DNA of 64,000 nucleotides from an uncultured Clostridia bacterium. Lineage in GTDB: Bacteria > Bacillota > Clostridia > Oscillospirales > Ruminococcaceae. Where the stretch lies: contig CALXBH010000004.1 in NCBI GenBank assembly GCA_944386475.1, positions 1 to 64,000 on the forward strand, in the 5' to 3' direction. The notes under the pieces were generated by a model. The model ran no database searches, had not been told where the DNA came from, and saw only the letters and a program-made list of their open reading frames with translations. Of this stretch, positions 1 to 8,724 are shown piece after piece. The first letter of the stretch is position 1. Each line of letters starts with the position of its first letter. The position numbers were made by a program, and so were the translations under genes.

Positions 1-206
1 TCTGTTTACGCAGCCGAAGGCTGCGGCAGCATCGCCCAGGACGGAAGCCAGCGGCTTCCATCCTGACCGACGCTCTGATTCACTAAGTTCTACCGTGCAG
101 GTGTCCAACTTGCACTTGCAATTTGCGAAATAAATTTATCAAAAATTGTCCTTTTTTCCCGATCCTCAGATTATGTCTTTATGGAGGTGCAAAAGGGGGT
201 GAAGTT

Positions 207-626
207 ATGGCGAGCCCTCTGGATAAGGAAACCATCGAATATTGCGACCGGTATCTGAAAGCAACCATTCGGAATATTCGATGTGACCATTTTGTTCATT
301 TAGTCAAGCCCTCAAAGTATAATCTGACATTTGTGAATTTGGATCAATTTGAGAATGAGCTGGCTTCTGAAAAAACGGAGCCAGAAAACTCACTTTGCGA
401 ATACATAGATGTACCGGGGGCTCAAATTCCAATCCACGATCCCGAAATTTATCACGCCTTAATGTCATTATCCCCTATGCAACGTTCCATTTTACTGCAA
501 AATATCATTCTCAAGAAAACGATAAAAGAACTATCCATACAATTTCACACCACTGAACGAAAAATCAAGTACCAAAAACACTTGGCGCTGGAAGAGCTAA
601 AAAGGAGGATTTCATTTGAAAAATAA
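207..626 (+). CDS. Sigma-70 region-4-like HTH protein (Tn916 Orf7-like regulatory protein of a conjugative element)
   Basis: The C-terminal segment SPMQRSILLQNIILKKTIKELSIQFHTTERKIKYQKHLALEEL resembles a sigma70_r4 helix-turn-helix. Start taken at MASPLDKE, preceded by the RBS AAAGGGGG. The tracked ORF starts further upstream at 123. Confidence 0.5.
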   Translation: MASPLDKETIEYCDRYLKATIRNIRCDHFVHLVKPSKYNLTFVNLDQFENELASEKTEPENSLCEYIDVPGAQIPIHDPEIYHALMSLSPMQRSILLQNIILKKTIKELSIQFHTTERKIKYQKHLALEELKRRISFEK

Positions 627-888
627 ACCGCTTCCGGAGGAACTTATCCGGAAAGCTTTGGAGGGTGAGGAAAAAGGAGTGGAGAATCTATTGTGCTTTT
701 ACGCTCCCTATATTGACCGCTGCTCTAAGGTGGCCGTTTTCTATCACGGCGATCTCTATTACACCTGTATCGATAATGATCTCCGACAGGAAATCATCTG
801 TGGTATGCTGGATGCCCTAGAACGGCTAAGAGCGAAATTGGGGTACCACCCGCAAGGTCCTGTCATTATTTTAAACCCTTTCTGTTAA
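616..888 (+). CDS. Small hypothetical protein of the integrative element (Orf8-like position), TTG start
   Basis: 90-aa ORF with AGGAGG 8 nt upstream of the TTG start. It overlaps the end of the preceding gene, as in Tn916 orf7-orf8. No recognisable motif. Confidence 0.4.
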   Translation: MKNKPLPEELIRKALEGEEKGVENLLCFYAPYIDRCSKVAVFYHGDLYYTCIDNDLRQEIICGMLDALERLRAKLGYHPQGPVIILNPFC

Positions 889-1215
889 ATCTGTCTTTCG
901 ACTGATGATATCTGTACCTTGACAAACATGCCGGCTTTATCCGGCATCATGGTAGCACACTGCGGAACGATCCGGCGAGCGGCGCTTATGCGAATAACCT
1001 GATACTTGACACCTATCAGCCGCCACGACCCGGGATAATGAGCCTTGCCGTTGGAGCTTAGCAGTACTGCTGTTTTGGCAGCTATGGTAATCTTGCACCA
1101 TAGAGCGGAGGTGGTATGAACCTTGTGCAATCATTGCACAAAGTCACTCCGCCGCAGTGTGTCCCCCTATGGAGGGGCCGAAATATCCATACACACCAAA
1201 GGAAGTGAAAACATC

Positions 1216-1470
1216 ATGGAAATGTCTGTTGACCAAATCAAAGAGATTATCTGCTCGGATTCTGATATGAAGGAAACGATTGATGCTATGCCGCCCAATC
1301 TCTCTTTAAAGCACATTATCCGTTTCTTAGGTATGCCGGAATCCACAGTTTACAAAATTACGAGGCAGCCCTCTTTTCCCAAGTTGGATGTAGGGATCTC
1401 CTCGTTTATTGTTCCGCGGCCACTTTTTCTGTATTGGTACTACCAGCATTGTTTTTTTCCTTCAACCTAA
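1216..1470 (+). CDS. xis: Excisionase-like HTH DNA-binding protein (Xis)
   Basis: Small ORF immediately upstream of the integrase. The N-terminal MEMSVDQIKEIICSD...LKHIIRFLGMPESTVYKITRQ is HTH_17/excisionase-like. Start taken at the internal ATG with an upstream AAAGGAAG. Confidence 0.5.
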   Translation: MEMSVDQIKEIICSDSDMKETIDAMPPNLSLKHIIRFLGMPESTVYKITRQPSFPKLDVGISSFIVPRPLFLYWYYQHCFFPST

Positions 1471-1616
1471 AAAGCGTTATTTGACAAATCAAAAATAAGC
1501 GGTTATATTGACAATACGGCAGAACCTTGAAAATTCAATATATCTGCTTATGATGATTTCTTTGGTTTCAACAAATTTGCTCATCTTACTTCCAAACAGA
1601 AAGGTTGTTTGTTGAA

Positions 1617-2858
1617 ATGAAAAAGAAGAAAAAAATCACCCGGGCCCCTAAGGGGTCCGGGCATATCAGGCAACGCAGTGACGGCAGTTATGAAGGGCAA
1701 TATTACTTTGAAGGGGAGCGCCTGAGCATTTATGGAGAATCTTACGATGAAGTTCGGTCAAAACTGAATTTGATCCTAGACGATATCTACCACAAAAACT
1801 ATAGCAAGGGCTGTATGATGCCATTGTGGGTCTATCTTTCCTACTGGGCTAAGAAGTATACAAATCTTCGGCCCGGCAGCGCCCCCAATTATCGCACTTA
1901 TATTGAAGGGCATGTGCAAAATTCCCGCATTGGAAGTACTCCTTTAAAGCTGCTGACCTTGGATGACTTTCAAGCCTTTTTTAATCGTCTGAAAAAACAG
2001 GGACGCCTTGATGGGAAACCAGGAGGCTTGTCACCTAAATCCCTGCGCAATATCTATCAGATGATGAATCAGGCCTTGGACTATGCTGTCAGTCATCTGC
2101 GCTTTCTCACAACTAATCCCATGAACGGAGTAATCCTTCCCAAAGTGCCTAAGCCTAAAATCCAAGTGATGGATCGAGAGGATCAGCGAAAAGTCGAAAC
2201 CTGTATACACCAGGAAGATATAGTGAATGAACTCCTTATCTATATTGACCTGTATACAGGCCTTCGCATCGGTGAGATCACCGCTCTCCAATGGCCGGAT
2301 ATTGCCCCGGATAAAAGCTCTTTCAGGATTACCAAAAGTCTGGAGCGGCTATACAAAGAAGACGCAAAAGAGCGGCCGGAATATATCCCTTTAGACCCTC
2401 AATGTTATGAGAAGCCCACCAAAACCGCCTTGTATTTTGGCCCGCCTAAAACAGAGAGCGGCAAAAGGATTGTGTACTGTATCGAAGCTGTCACGCGGGC
2501 CCTTCAAAAAATTGAAGAGTATCAAATAGAAAATGGCATCTACAATCCAAAAGGGTTTGTGTTCTTAACCAAACGCGGCACGCCTTATGAGCCGGATAAC
2601 TACCGTTCCAAGGTATTCCGTCCGTTTTTGGCAAGGGCAGACTTGGCAGGGTACACCCCGCACTCGCTCCGGCATACCTTTGCCACCCGCGCTTTTGAGC
2701 TGAGCATTGACGCGCCGACGCTGGCCAGCCTTTTAGGCCATGCGCAGTCGTCTACAACCCTCAACATGTACGGCCATTCTAAGGAAAATCACCGAAAAGA
2801 GGCTATGCAAAAACTAAGCGCTATCGAATCAGATTCTTCCGATTCAGAATCTGCATAA
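1617..2858 (+). CDS. int: Tyrosine-type site-specific integrase (phage integrase family, Tn916 Int-like with N-terminal arm-binding domain)
   Basis: The C-terminal catalytic motifs HSLRHTFATRAF...LLGHAQSSTTLNMYGH fit the R-H-R-Y signature, with the LYTGLRIGEITAL box I. Start is ambiguous (TTG at 1605 or ATG at 1617). Confidence 0.85.
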   Translation: MKKKKKITRAPKGSGHIRQRSDGSYEGQYYFEGERLSIYGESYDEVRSKLNLILDDIYHKNYSKGCMMPLWVYLSYWAKKYTNLRPGSAPNYRTYIEGHVQNSRIGSTPLKLLTLDDFQAFFNRLKKQGRLDGKPGGLSPKSLRNIYQMMNQALDYAVSHLRFLTTNPMNGVILPKVPKPKIQVMDREDQRKVETCIHQEDIVNELLIYIDLYTGLRIGEITALQWPDIAPDKSSFRITKSLERLYKEDAKERPEYIPLDPQCYEKPTKTALYFGPPKTESGKRIVYCIEAVTRALQKIEEYQIENGIYNPKGFVFLTKRGTPYEPDNYRSKVFRPFLARADLAGYTPHSLRHTFATRAFELSIDAPTLASLLGHAQSSTTLNMYGHSKENHRKEAMQKLSAIESDSSDSESA

Positions 2859-2899
2859 ATCATAGAAATTATGTGAGGCAGATTCAAAAAAGGGATCAA

Positions 2900-3017
2900 T
2901 AGCGGTACGATTAGCGGTATAACCGCAGTAAACAGTGTCCGCAGCGGTCTTCCAAAAAGGAGGTAAAAATGTCATGATCTGGAGCATTAGCGGTATAAAA
3001 TGCAACTTTAGCGGTAT
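2900..3017. repeat. Cluster of five TAGCGGTA(T) direct repeats between int and the tRNA; candidate integrase arm-type binding sites (att arm)
   Basis: TAGCGGTAc at 2900, TAGCGGTAT at 2912, 2988 and 3009, and a degenerate cAGCGGTct at 2942. All are in the same orientation, within 170 bp of the integrase stop and 50 bp from the tRNA 3' end. Confidence 0.4.
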
Positions 3018-3069
3018 GGATTTTTGGGCATGGAAAAACCCGCAAAGCCAGTAGCCATGCGGGTTTCGG

Positions 3070-3146
<77 letters not shown>

Positions 3147-3173
3147 CTATATTAAATTGTGCCCTCTAAATCG

Positions 3174-3219
<46 letters not shown>

Positions 3220-3342
3220 ATTTCCCTCTTTTAGAGAGCTTATTAATAATACCATAGAAATCGCTCCCTGTCAAGAGGGGAAGAAGAAATATCTTGAAAA
3301 ATAGTTTACATATTGTATAATTTAATTATAGATATACGAAAA

Positions 3343-3951
3343 TTATCCGAAAACAGCCTCTTTAAAGGATTCCCACCACTCCACAATAGCAAAACGGATT
3401 TCATACTTAGGATCGCTTTCCACCAAATCCACCTGTTCATCTGTGAGGGCTTGCTCCAGCTCTTCCTCCGGCTGGGCGGCGGGAAGGCAGAGAGGCGGAT
3501 ACAAGACGCACCACCAGTTATGCCCTTCTGCGTCACCAATGGTTATCCGCAAAGCGTCATACCGGCCGGCCGGCATGGTGACCTCCCCATACTGGCGGGT
3601 GTCAAAAAACATGTTGGTCAGCTCTGCTTTGACCGGATAGTCATAGCCCTGCTTTCTAATTTCGTCTTCCGCGATCTGCCGCACATTTTCCAACTGGGAG
3701 GCAACCTTTTGCTCAGCGTTTTGTTTTGTCTGGGCATAAAACAGATCCCCGGTCTCCGCCAGAATGCGGTCGCGGACCTGGAGTTTTAGCGCCTGGTCTT
3801 CCTGAGAATCGGAATTGGCCAGAATATGCAGCCGTAAAACCTGCTGCCGGATCTGGCTGCACTGGGATGCAAAGCTTCCTACGCTGCAAAAAACGATCGA
3901 GCAGATCAACCCGATCACCAGCGCGATTTCCCATTTGTAAATTCGTTTCAT
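3343..3951 (-). CDS. spoIIR: Stage II sporulation protein R (SpoIIR, sigma-E pro-protein processing signal)
   Basis: N-terminal signal/TM segment, then LRLHILANSDSQEDQ and YPAGRYDALRITIGDAEGHNWWCVLYPPLC. These match the B. subtilis SpoIIR hallmark motifs LRILANSD...YPAGEYEAILITLGEGDGANWWCVLFPPLC. Confidence 0.85.
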   Translation of the reverse strand: MKRIYKWEIALVIGLICSIVFCSVGSFASQCSQIRQQVLRLHILANSDSQEDQALKLQVRDRILAETGDLFYAQTKQNAEQKVASQLENVRQIAEDEIRKQGYDYPVKAELTNMFFDTRQYGEVTMPAGRYDALRITIGDAEGHNWWCVLYPPLCLPAAQPEEELEQALTDEQVDLVESDPKYEIRFAIVEWWESFKEAVFG

Positions 3952-4059
3952 AAAAAAATCCGTCCTTTATAAAGCTTGTTGGCTTTAGTGTGGACGGAAT
4001 TTTTTTCCTTTAATCATTAAAGATTATTTTTATGGAAAGCGATTTTTACAGGGATGTTT

Positions 4060-4944
4060 TTACTCCTCATCGCAGATGATCGCGCCGTACTCCAGCGGCT
4101 GACAGAGGAAAATCGCTTCCATGTCATCCTCCAGCTGGTTTAAGCAGCGGGAGGCTTTCCGTTTGCTGTCAAACAGGCCGAATACCGCGGAACCGCTTCC
4201 GGTCATCATGCTGCCCAAAGCGCCGGCTTCCAGCATTTGCTCCTTGATCTGCTGGACAAAGGGGGCTTTGACTGCGTCTTCCAGTACGTTTTGCATGGAG
4301 GTGCCCAGCTGTTCCAGATTCCCGGAGACGATCTCCGCTACCAGCTGATCCACGTCCGGGTGCTTTTTCGGCTTATGTTGGTCATAGGCTTTATACGCCT
4401 CGGCGGTGCTGATCCCTTCGTGGGGCTTGGCCACCACAAACCAGCAGTCCTCCGGCAGGTTGGGAAGGGGGGTGAAGATATCGCCCACGCCTTCCGCCAG
4501 CATGGTGCCGCCCATAATGCAGAAAGGGATGTCCGCGCCGCAGTCCACGGCGATGTCGCACAGTTCCTCTTTGGTAAGCCCTGCCTGGAAAAGCTCGTTT
4601 AACGCCACCAGCGTGGCGGCGCCGTCGGCGCTTCCGCCGCCAAGGCCCGCTTTGGATGGGATTTCTTTTTTAATAGCGATTTCAATGCCGGGATTTTCCA
4701 TTTCCGTTTCTTTAAAAAACGCATCGGCGCACCGGCAGGCGATATTGGTTTGATCCAATGGGACGTCGGGGCGCTTGCAAGTAACGGACATGGCTCCGGT
4801 CTGATTTTTTGTAACTGTAACATAGTCGCACAGGTCGATTGCCTGCATAATCATTTTCAGTATGTGATAACCGTCTTCCCGGACGCCGCATACGTCCAGC
4901 GCCAAATTAAGCTTTGCGGGTGCTTTTACGGTTATACTGTCCAA
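4060..4944 (-). CDS. ispE: 4-diphosphocytidyl-2-C-methyl-D-erythritol kinase
   Basis: GHMP kinase motifs KAPAKLNLALDV and PSKAGLGGGSADGAA. Length of 294 aa is typical of IspE. Confidence 0.9.
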   Translation of the reverse strand: MDSITVKAPAKLNLALDVCGVREDGYHILKMIMQAIDLCDYVTVTKNQTGAMSVTCKRPDVPLDQTNIACRCADAFFKETEMENPGIEIAIKKEIPSKAGLGGGSADGAATLVALNELFQAGLTKEELCDIAVDCGADIPFCIMGGTMLAEGVGDIFTPLPNLPEDCWFVVAKPHEGISTAEAYKAYDQHKPKKHPDVDQLVAEIVSGNLEQLGTSMQNVLEDAVKAPFVQQIKEQMLEAGALGSMMTGSGSAVFGLFDSKRKASRCLNQLEDDMEAIFLCQPLEYGAIICDEE

Positions 4945-4966
4945 AACAAAACCACCGTTCCTTTCA

Positions 4967-6178
4967 TCATAAAACGTGGGAAGCTGTCTTACCGGCTTTT
5001 ACCGGGGTTAAGCTTTCAATAAATCGTTGGATTCGCTTGAGGGCTTCGTCCAGGTGCTTGAGGGAATAAGCATAAGACACCCGCACATGGCCTTCTCCGC
5101 TGGCGCCGAAGGCGGTACCCGGAATAACGGCTACCCGCTGGGCGTGGAGAAGCTGCTCACAGAACTCGTCCGAGGAAAGCCCCGTGCTTTTGATCGAGGG
5201 GAACACATAAAAGGCGCCCTCCGGTTCAAAGCAGGAAAGCCCCATCCGCCGGAATCCATCCACTAAAAAGCGGCGGCGGATATTGTATTCGTCCACCATC
5301 ATCTGGATGTCGTCGTCGCAGTTTTTAAGGGCCTGAATCGCCGCATACTGGCTGGTGGTGGGGGCGCACATAATGGCGTACTGATGGATTTTTAACATCT
5401 GCTGGATAATCGGCGCCGGTCCGGCGGCAAAGCCCAGCCGCCAGCCGGTCATGGCATAGGCTTTGGAAAAGCCGTTAATCACCACGCACCGCTCCCGCAT
5501 CCCGGGGAGGGAGGCGATGGATACATGCCGGCCGTTATAGGTAAGCTCCGCATAGATCTCGTCGGATAAAACCAGAATGTTGTGCTCCCGCAGCACCGCG
5601 GCTATTTCCTCCAGATCCTCCCGGCGCATGACCGCGCCGGTGGGGTTGTTGGGGTAAGGGAGGATTAAAAGTTTGGTGCGGTCGGTGATTTTTTCCCTTA
5701 GCTCCTGAGCGGTCAGGCGGAACTTGTTTTCCGCTTTGGTGGGGATAGCCACTGCTTTCCCGCCGCTTAAGGTGACGATGGGAGCATAGCAGACAAAGCA
5801 GGGCTCGGGGATTAATACCTCATCCCCATTGTCCAGCACCGTCCGAATGCATATATCGATGGCTTCGCTGCCGCCCACCGTGACCACCACTTCATCCTGG
5901 GGGTGGTATACAAGGCCAAACCTCCGGGCCATATAGTTTGTAATCTCCACCCTTAAATCTGCCAGCCCGGAGTTGGCGGAATACTGGGTTTTTCCCTGGG
6001 CCAAAGAGTCCATACCCGCCTTGCGGATCACCCAGGGGGTTTTAAAATCCGGCTCGCCGATCCCCAGGGAGATCACGCCTTCCATCTCGTTGGCGACGTC
6101 AAAATATCGCCGGATGCCGCTGGGCTTTATATCTTTTGCCTTTTTCGACAGGATCGAATCATAATCCACTGGGGTCAC
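4967..6178 (-). CDS. PLP-dependent aminotransferase class I/II (aspartate/alanine aminotransferase-like)
   Basis: The SGIRRYFD motif, NPTGAV and the PLP-lysine region SKAYAMTGWRLG. An adjacent Lrp/AsnC regulator suggests an AlaT/AlaR-type pair. Confidence 0.85.
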   Translation of the reverse strand: MTPVDYDSILSKKAKDIKPSGIRRYFDVANEMEGVISLGIGEPDFKTPWVIRKAGMDSLAQGKTQYSANSGLADLRVEITNYMARRFGLVYHPQDEVVVTVGGSEAIDICIRTVLDNGDEVLIPEPCFVCYAPIVTLSGGKAVAIPTKAENKFRLTAQELREKITDRTKLLILPYPNNPTGAVMRREDLEEIAAVLREHNILVLSDEIYAELTYNGRHVSIASLPGMRERCVVINGFSKAYAMTGWRLGFAAGPAPIIQQMLKIHQYAIMCAPTTSQYAAIQALKNCDDDIQMMVDEYNIRRRFLVDGFRRMGLSCFEPEGAFYVFPSIKSTGLSSDEFCEQLLHAQRVAVIPGTAFGASGEGHVRVSYAYSLKHLDEALKRIQRFIESLTPVKAGKTASHVL

Positions 6179-6654
6179 AGAAGTGTCACTCCTCTTTCGT
6201 CCTCCGGTTCGTCGTACATAATCACGCCGTTTTCTTTGTACCGGGATAAAATAAAATGGGTCGCCGTGCTGAGCACCGAGTCCAGAATGGCTAACCGGTG
6301 GGATACAAACATCGCTACATCCTTAAAGTCCTTGGCGGTTACCCGTACCGACAGATCATACCCGCCGGACATCAGATAAACGCTTTCTACCTCGTCGTAC
6401 ATCATAATGGTGCGGGCGATTTCCTCAAAGCCCAGGTTGCGCTTGGGCGTCACCTTCAGCTCAATAATGGCCGTCACATGCTCCGGCCGCAGCTTGTCGT
6501 AATTGACGAGCACCTGATAGCCTTTGATAATCCCCTCTTTTTCGTACTTCTCGATGCGTTCGGCCACGTCCTGCTCGGTGGTGCCCAGCATGGCGGCTAA
6601 ACGCTCGTTGGAAAAGCGGGCGTTTTCCTGCAACAGCTTTAACAGCTTATCCAT
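6175..6654 (-). CDS. Lrp/AsnC family transcriptional regulator
   Basis: 159 aa with an N-terminal HTH (LDKLLKLLQENARFSNERLAAMLG) and a C-terminal RAM/ACT-like domain. A 4-bp overlap with the downstream aminotransferase suggests an operon. Confidence 0.85.
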   Translation of the reverse strand: MDKLLKLLQENARFSNERLAAMLGTTEQDVAERIEKYEKEGIIKGYQVLVNYDKLRPEHVTAIIELKVTPKRNLGFEEIARTIMMYDEVESVYLMSGGYDLSVRVTAKDFKDVAMFVSHRLAILDSVLSTATHFILSRYKENGVIMYDEPEDERGVTLL

Positions 6655-6739
6655 GGTAAGCCTTCCTTTCTGTACTTTTCTGTGTTATCACAACAGGCGG
6701 ACCGCTTTGGATAAGCCGGCCGCCTGTTTTTTTAGACGA

Positions 6740-7558
6740 TTACAGGGTGATAAAATGGGGCTTGCGGGCGGCAAAATAGGCCGCGTAAGAAAATCCGCAT
6801 TCTTTTAAAAGGGCGTAAGCCTCTATGACGCCCTTTCCCATGTCCCCGGTGCAGTGGGCGTCGGAACCAACGGTAATAATCTCGCCCCCCAGCTCCCGGT
6901 ACCGCATTAAATAGGGCTTGTGGGGCATGGTGAGCCCCAGCTTTTGCCGCAGGCCGGAGGTGTTTATTTCAATTCCCTTTCCGTTTTGGATGAGGGTTTT
7001 TAAAATTTCATCGATCAGATCCCCGTAGGGTGCCATGTCTACGGAAATGCCGTGCTCCCCGGTGATATACCGGAGGGGATAGGTCAAATGTCCCAGCACG
7101 TCCAGGCGGTTGTGGCGCACCATGGCGAGCATTTCGGTGTAGTATTCTAACAGCATCTGGGGAAGGTCAAGGGCCGGGTCGCTGTAGTCAGCGCACCAAA
7201 AGTCGTCCCGGTTCGCGCTGTTGTGCAGCGAGCCGATGACAAAATCGTATGCGTGGGCGTTTAAAATCTCGTCTGCAAACGCTGTGTCCTGCATAGCCTG
7301 CCCCAGCTCGATCCCCTTTAGAATGGTGAGCCCCGAAAATTCCCCGCAGCTTTGCAGCTCTTCCGCCGCGCGGAAGGAATCCCGGCAGCGGGCGCGGTAG
7401 CTATCCTTATCCGGGTCGTTTGCTTCGCAGTGGTCGGTAAGCGTCCAGACCGAAAGGCCGATGTTGGCCGCCTGCCGGGCCATCTTACTAGGATCATCCA
7501 CCCCGTCGGGGGAAAAGCGGCTGTGGGTGTGGACGTCCATGCGCAACTGTTTTTCCAT
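6740..7558 (-). CDS. PHP-domain phosphoesterase (histidinol-phosphatase HisJ family)
   Basis: N-terminal MDVHTHSRFSPDG metal-binding motif (H-x-H), further His/Asp ligands (TDH, GSDAH). Length of 272 aa. Confidence 0.7.
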   Translation of the reverse strand: MEKQLRMDVHTHSRFSPDGVDDPSKMARQAANIGLSVWTLTDHCEANDPDKDSYRARCRDSFRAAEELQSCGEFSGLTILKGIELGQAMQDTAFADEILNAHAYDFVIGSLHNSANRDDFWCADYSDPALDLPQMLLEYYTEMLAMVRHNRLDVLGHLTYPLRYITGEHGISVDMAPYGDLIDEILKTLIQNGKGIEINTSGLRQKLGLTMPHKPYLMRYRELGGEIITVGSDAHCTGDMGKGVIEAYALLKECGFSYAAYFAARKPHFITL

Positions 7559-7819
7559 GGTATTTCTTCTCCTTTCCAGGAGGCAATCAAGCGAATTATT
7601 CGTCTAATAGGTAAAACATTTATATCATACCACACTTATCAGAAAAATGCAAAAGTTTCTTACCGGTGAGAAGGCCTGCTAAAAAGGGGATTCTCCCGGC
7701 GGCGGTTTTCAAGGAGGCGAGGTTGAAACCGCCCCCTTTTTTGTGCTATATTGAGGACAGAAAACACACACCAAACCAAAATTTGGATACTGAGAAAACA
7801 TCCGGCAAGGAGGAACCCC

Positions 7820-8590
7820 ATGAAGGACGAAATTATGATTTTGGACAGGGGGCTTCACGACGCCAATCCCGTTGTGTGCGGCCATCAAATCTGCGAGCCG
7901 TCCTATTGGTATCAGTCGGTTCGGGATTATTACCTTTTGCACTTTGTCCTCTCGGGAAAGGGGACGTTTCAAAACCAGAACGCTGTCTACTCCCTGGGAG
8001 AAGGGGATATGTTTGTCATCCGGCCGGGGGAATCCACCCGCTACCAGGCGGATGACAAAGAGCCTTGGCATTATGTGTGGATCGGGTTTACCTCTATGTT
8101 GGACCTGTCGGCGCCTTTGGGCAAAGACGTCCTTCACGTCCCGGAGCTTCGCTATCTTTTTGAGTCGCTTATTTTGGCCAAGGATCTGTCGGACAGCTGC
8201 GAATATTACCTGAGCGCCAAGGTGCTGGAGCTTTTGTTTCATCTGGACAAACAGCTAAAGGAGGATAAGAGCGCGTCGGTTTACGTTAAAAAGGCCGCGG
8301 CCTATATCCGGACGAATTATATGAAGGAAATCACGGTGGCTGGGCTGGCCGGGATGCTTAATCTGGAGCGCTCCTACTTCAGCTTTATTTTTAAAAAGGA
8401 GATGGGGATGTCCCCTCAGCAGTTTCTGATCGACTGCCGCTTAAACAAGGCCGCGGAGCTTTTGTCCCTTTACCGGTATAAGGTGGAGGCGGCGGCCTAT
8501 GCCTGCGGTTATGAAGATCCGTCCGCCTTTTCCAAGATTTTTAAAAAGAAATTCGGCGTTTCCCCTATAAAATACACTAACAATAAATAA
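7820..8590 (+). CDS. AraC family transcriptional regulator (cupin sensor + AraC HTH)
   Basis: The C-terminal AraC HTH signature ACGYEDPSAFSKIFKKKFGVSPIKY and an N-terminal cupin-like domain. Start at MKDEIMI with an AAGGAGG RBS. Sits immediately upstream of the giant surface glycosidase. Confidence 0.8.
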   Translation: MKDEIMILDRGLHDANPVVCGHQICEPSYWYQSVRDYYLLHFVLSGKGTFQNQNAVYSLGEGDMFVIRPGESTRYQADDKEPWHYVWIGFTSMLDLSAPLGKDVLHVPELRYLFESLILAKDLSDSCEYYLSAKVLELLFHLDKQLKEDKSASVYVKKAAAYIRTNYMKEITVAGLAGMLNLERSYFSFIFKKEMGMSPQQFLIDCRLNKAAELLSLYRYKVEAAAYACGYEDPSAFSKIFKKKFGVSPIKYTNNK

Positions 8591-8724
8591 TTTTTATATA
8601 GAAAAACAACATAAGGCCAAGTTTCTCACGCAAACGTCTATTCTCCAAAATCCTGCCGCCTGTTATCATAAAATTACAATAGGCGGCAGATACCCAATGA
8701 ATTTAGGCAGGAGGATAGCGGGTT

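Larger units (their letters stand above)
1..3069 (+). mobile_element. Integrase-proximal end of an integrated Tn916/ICE-like element (orf7-like, orf8-like, xis, int), inserted next to the 3' end of tRNA-fMet. The element continues beyond the window start.
   Basis: The gene order sigma-like HTH protein, small ORF, excisionase-like HTH protein, tyrosine integrase matches the conjugative-transposon end module orf7-orf8-xis-int. It directly abuts a tRNA gene. Arm-type repeats lie between int and the tRNA. Confidence 0.5.

Noticed and set aside
8653-8691. Hairpin CTGCCGCCT...AGGCGGCAG between the AraC gene and the giant glycosidase gene, as a terminator
   Set aside because: There is no downstream T-tract. 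It lies in the promoter/5' UTR region of the 8725 gene and may be a regulatory stem or operator. There is too little evidence to annotate it.
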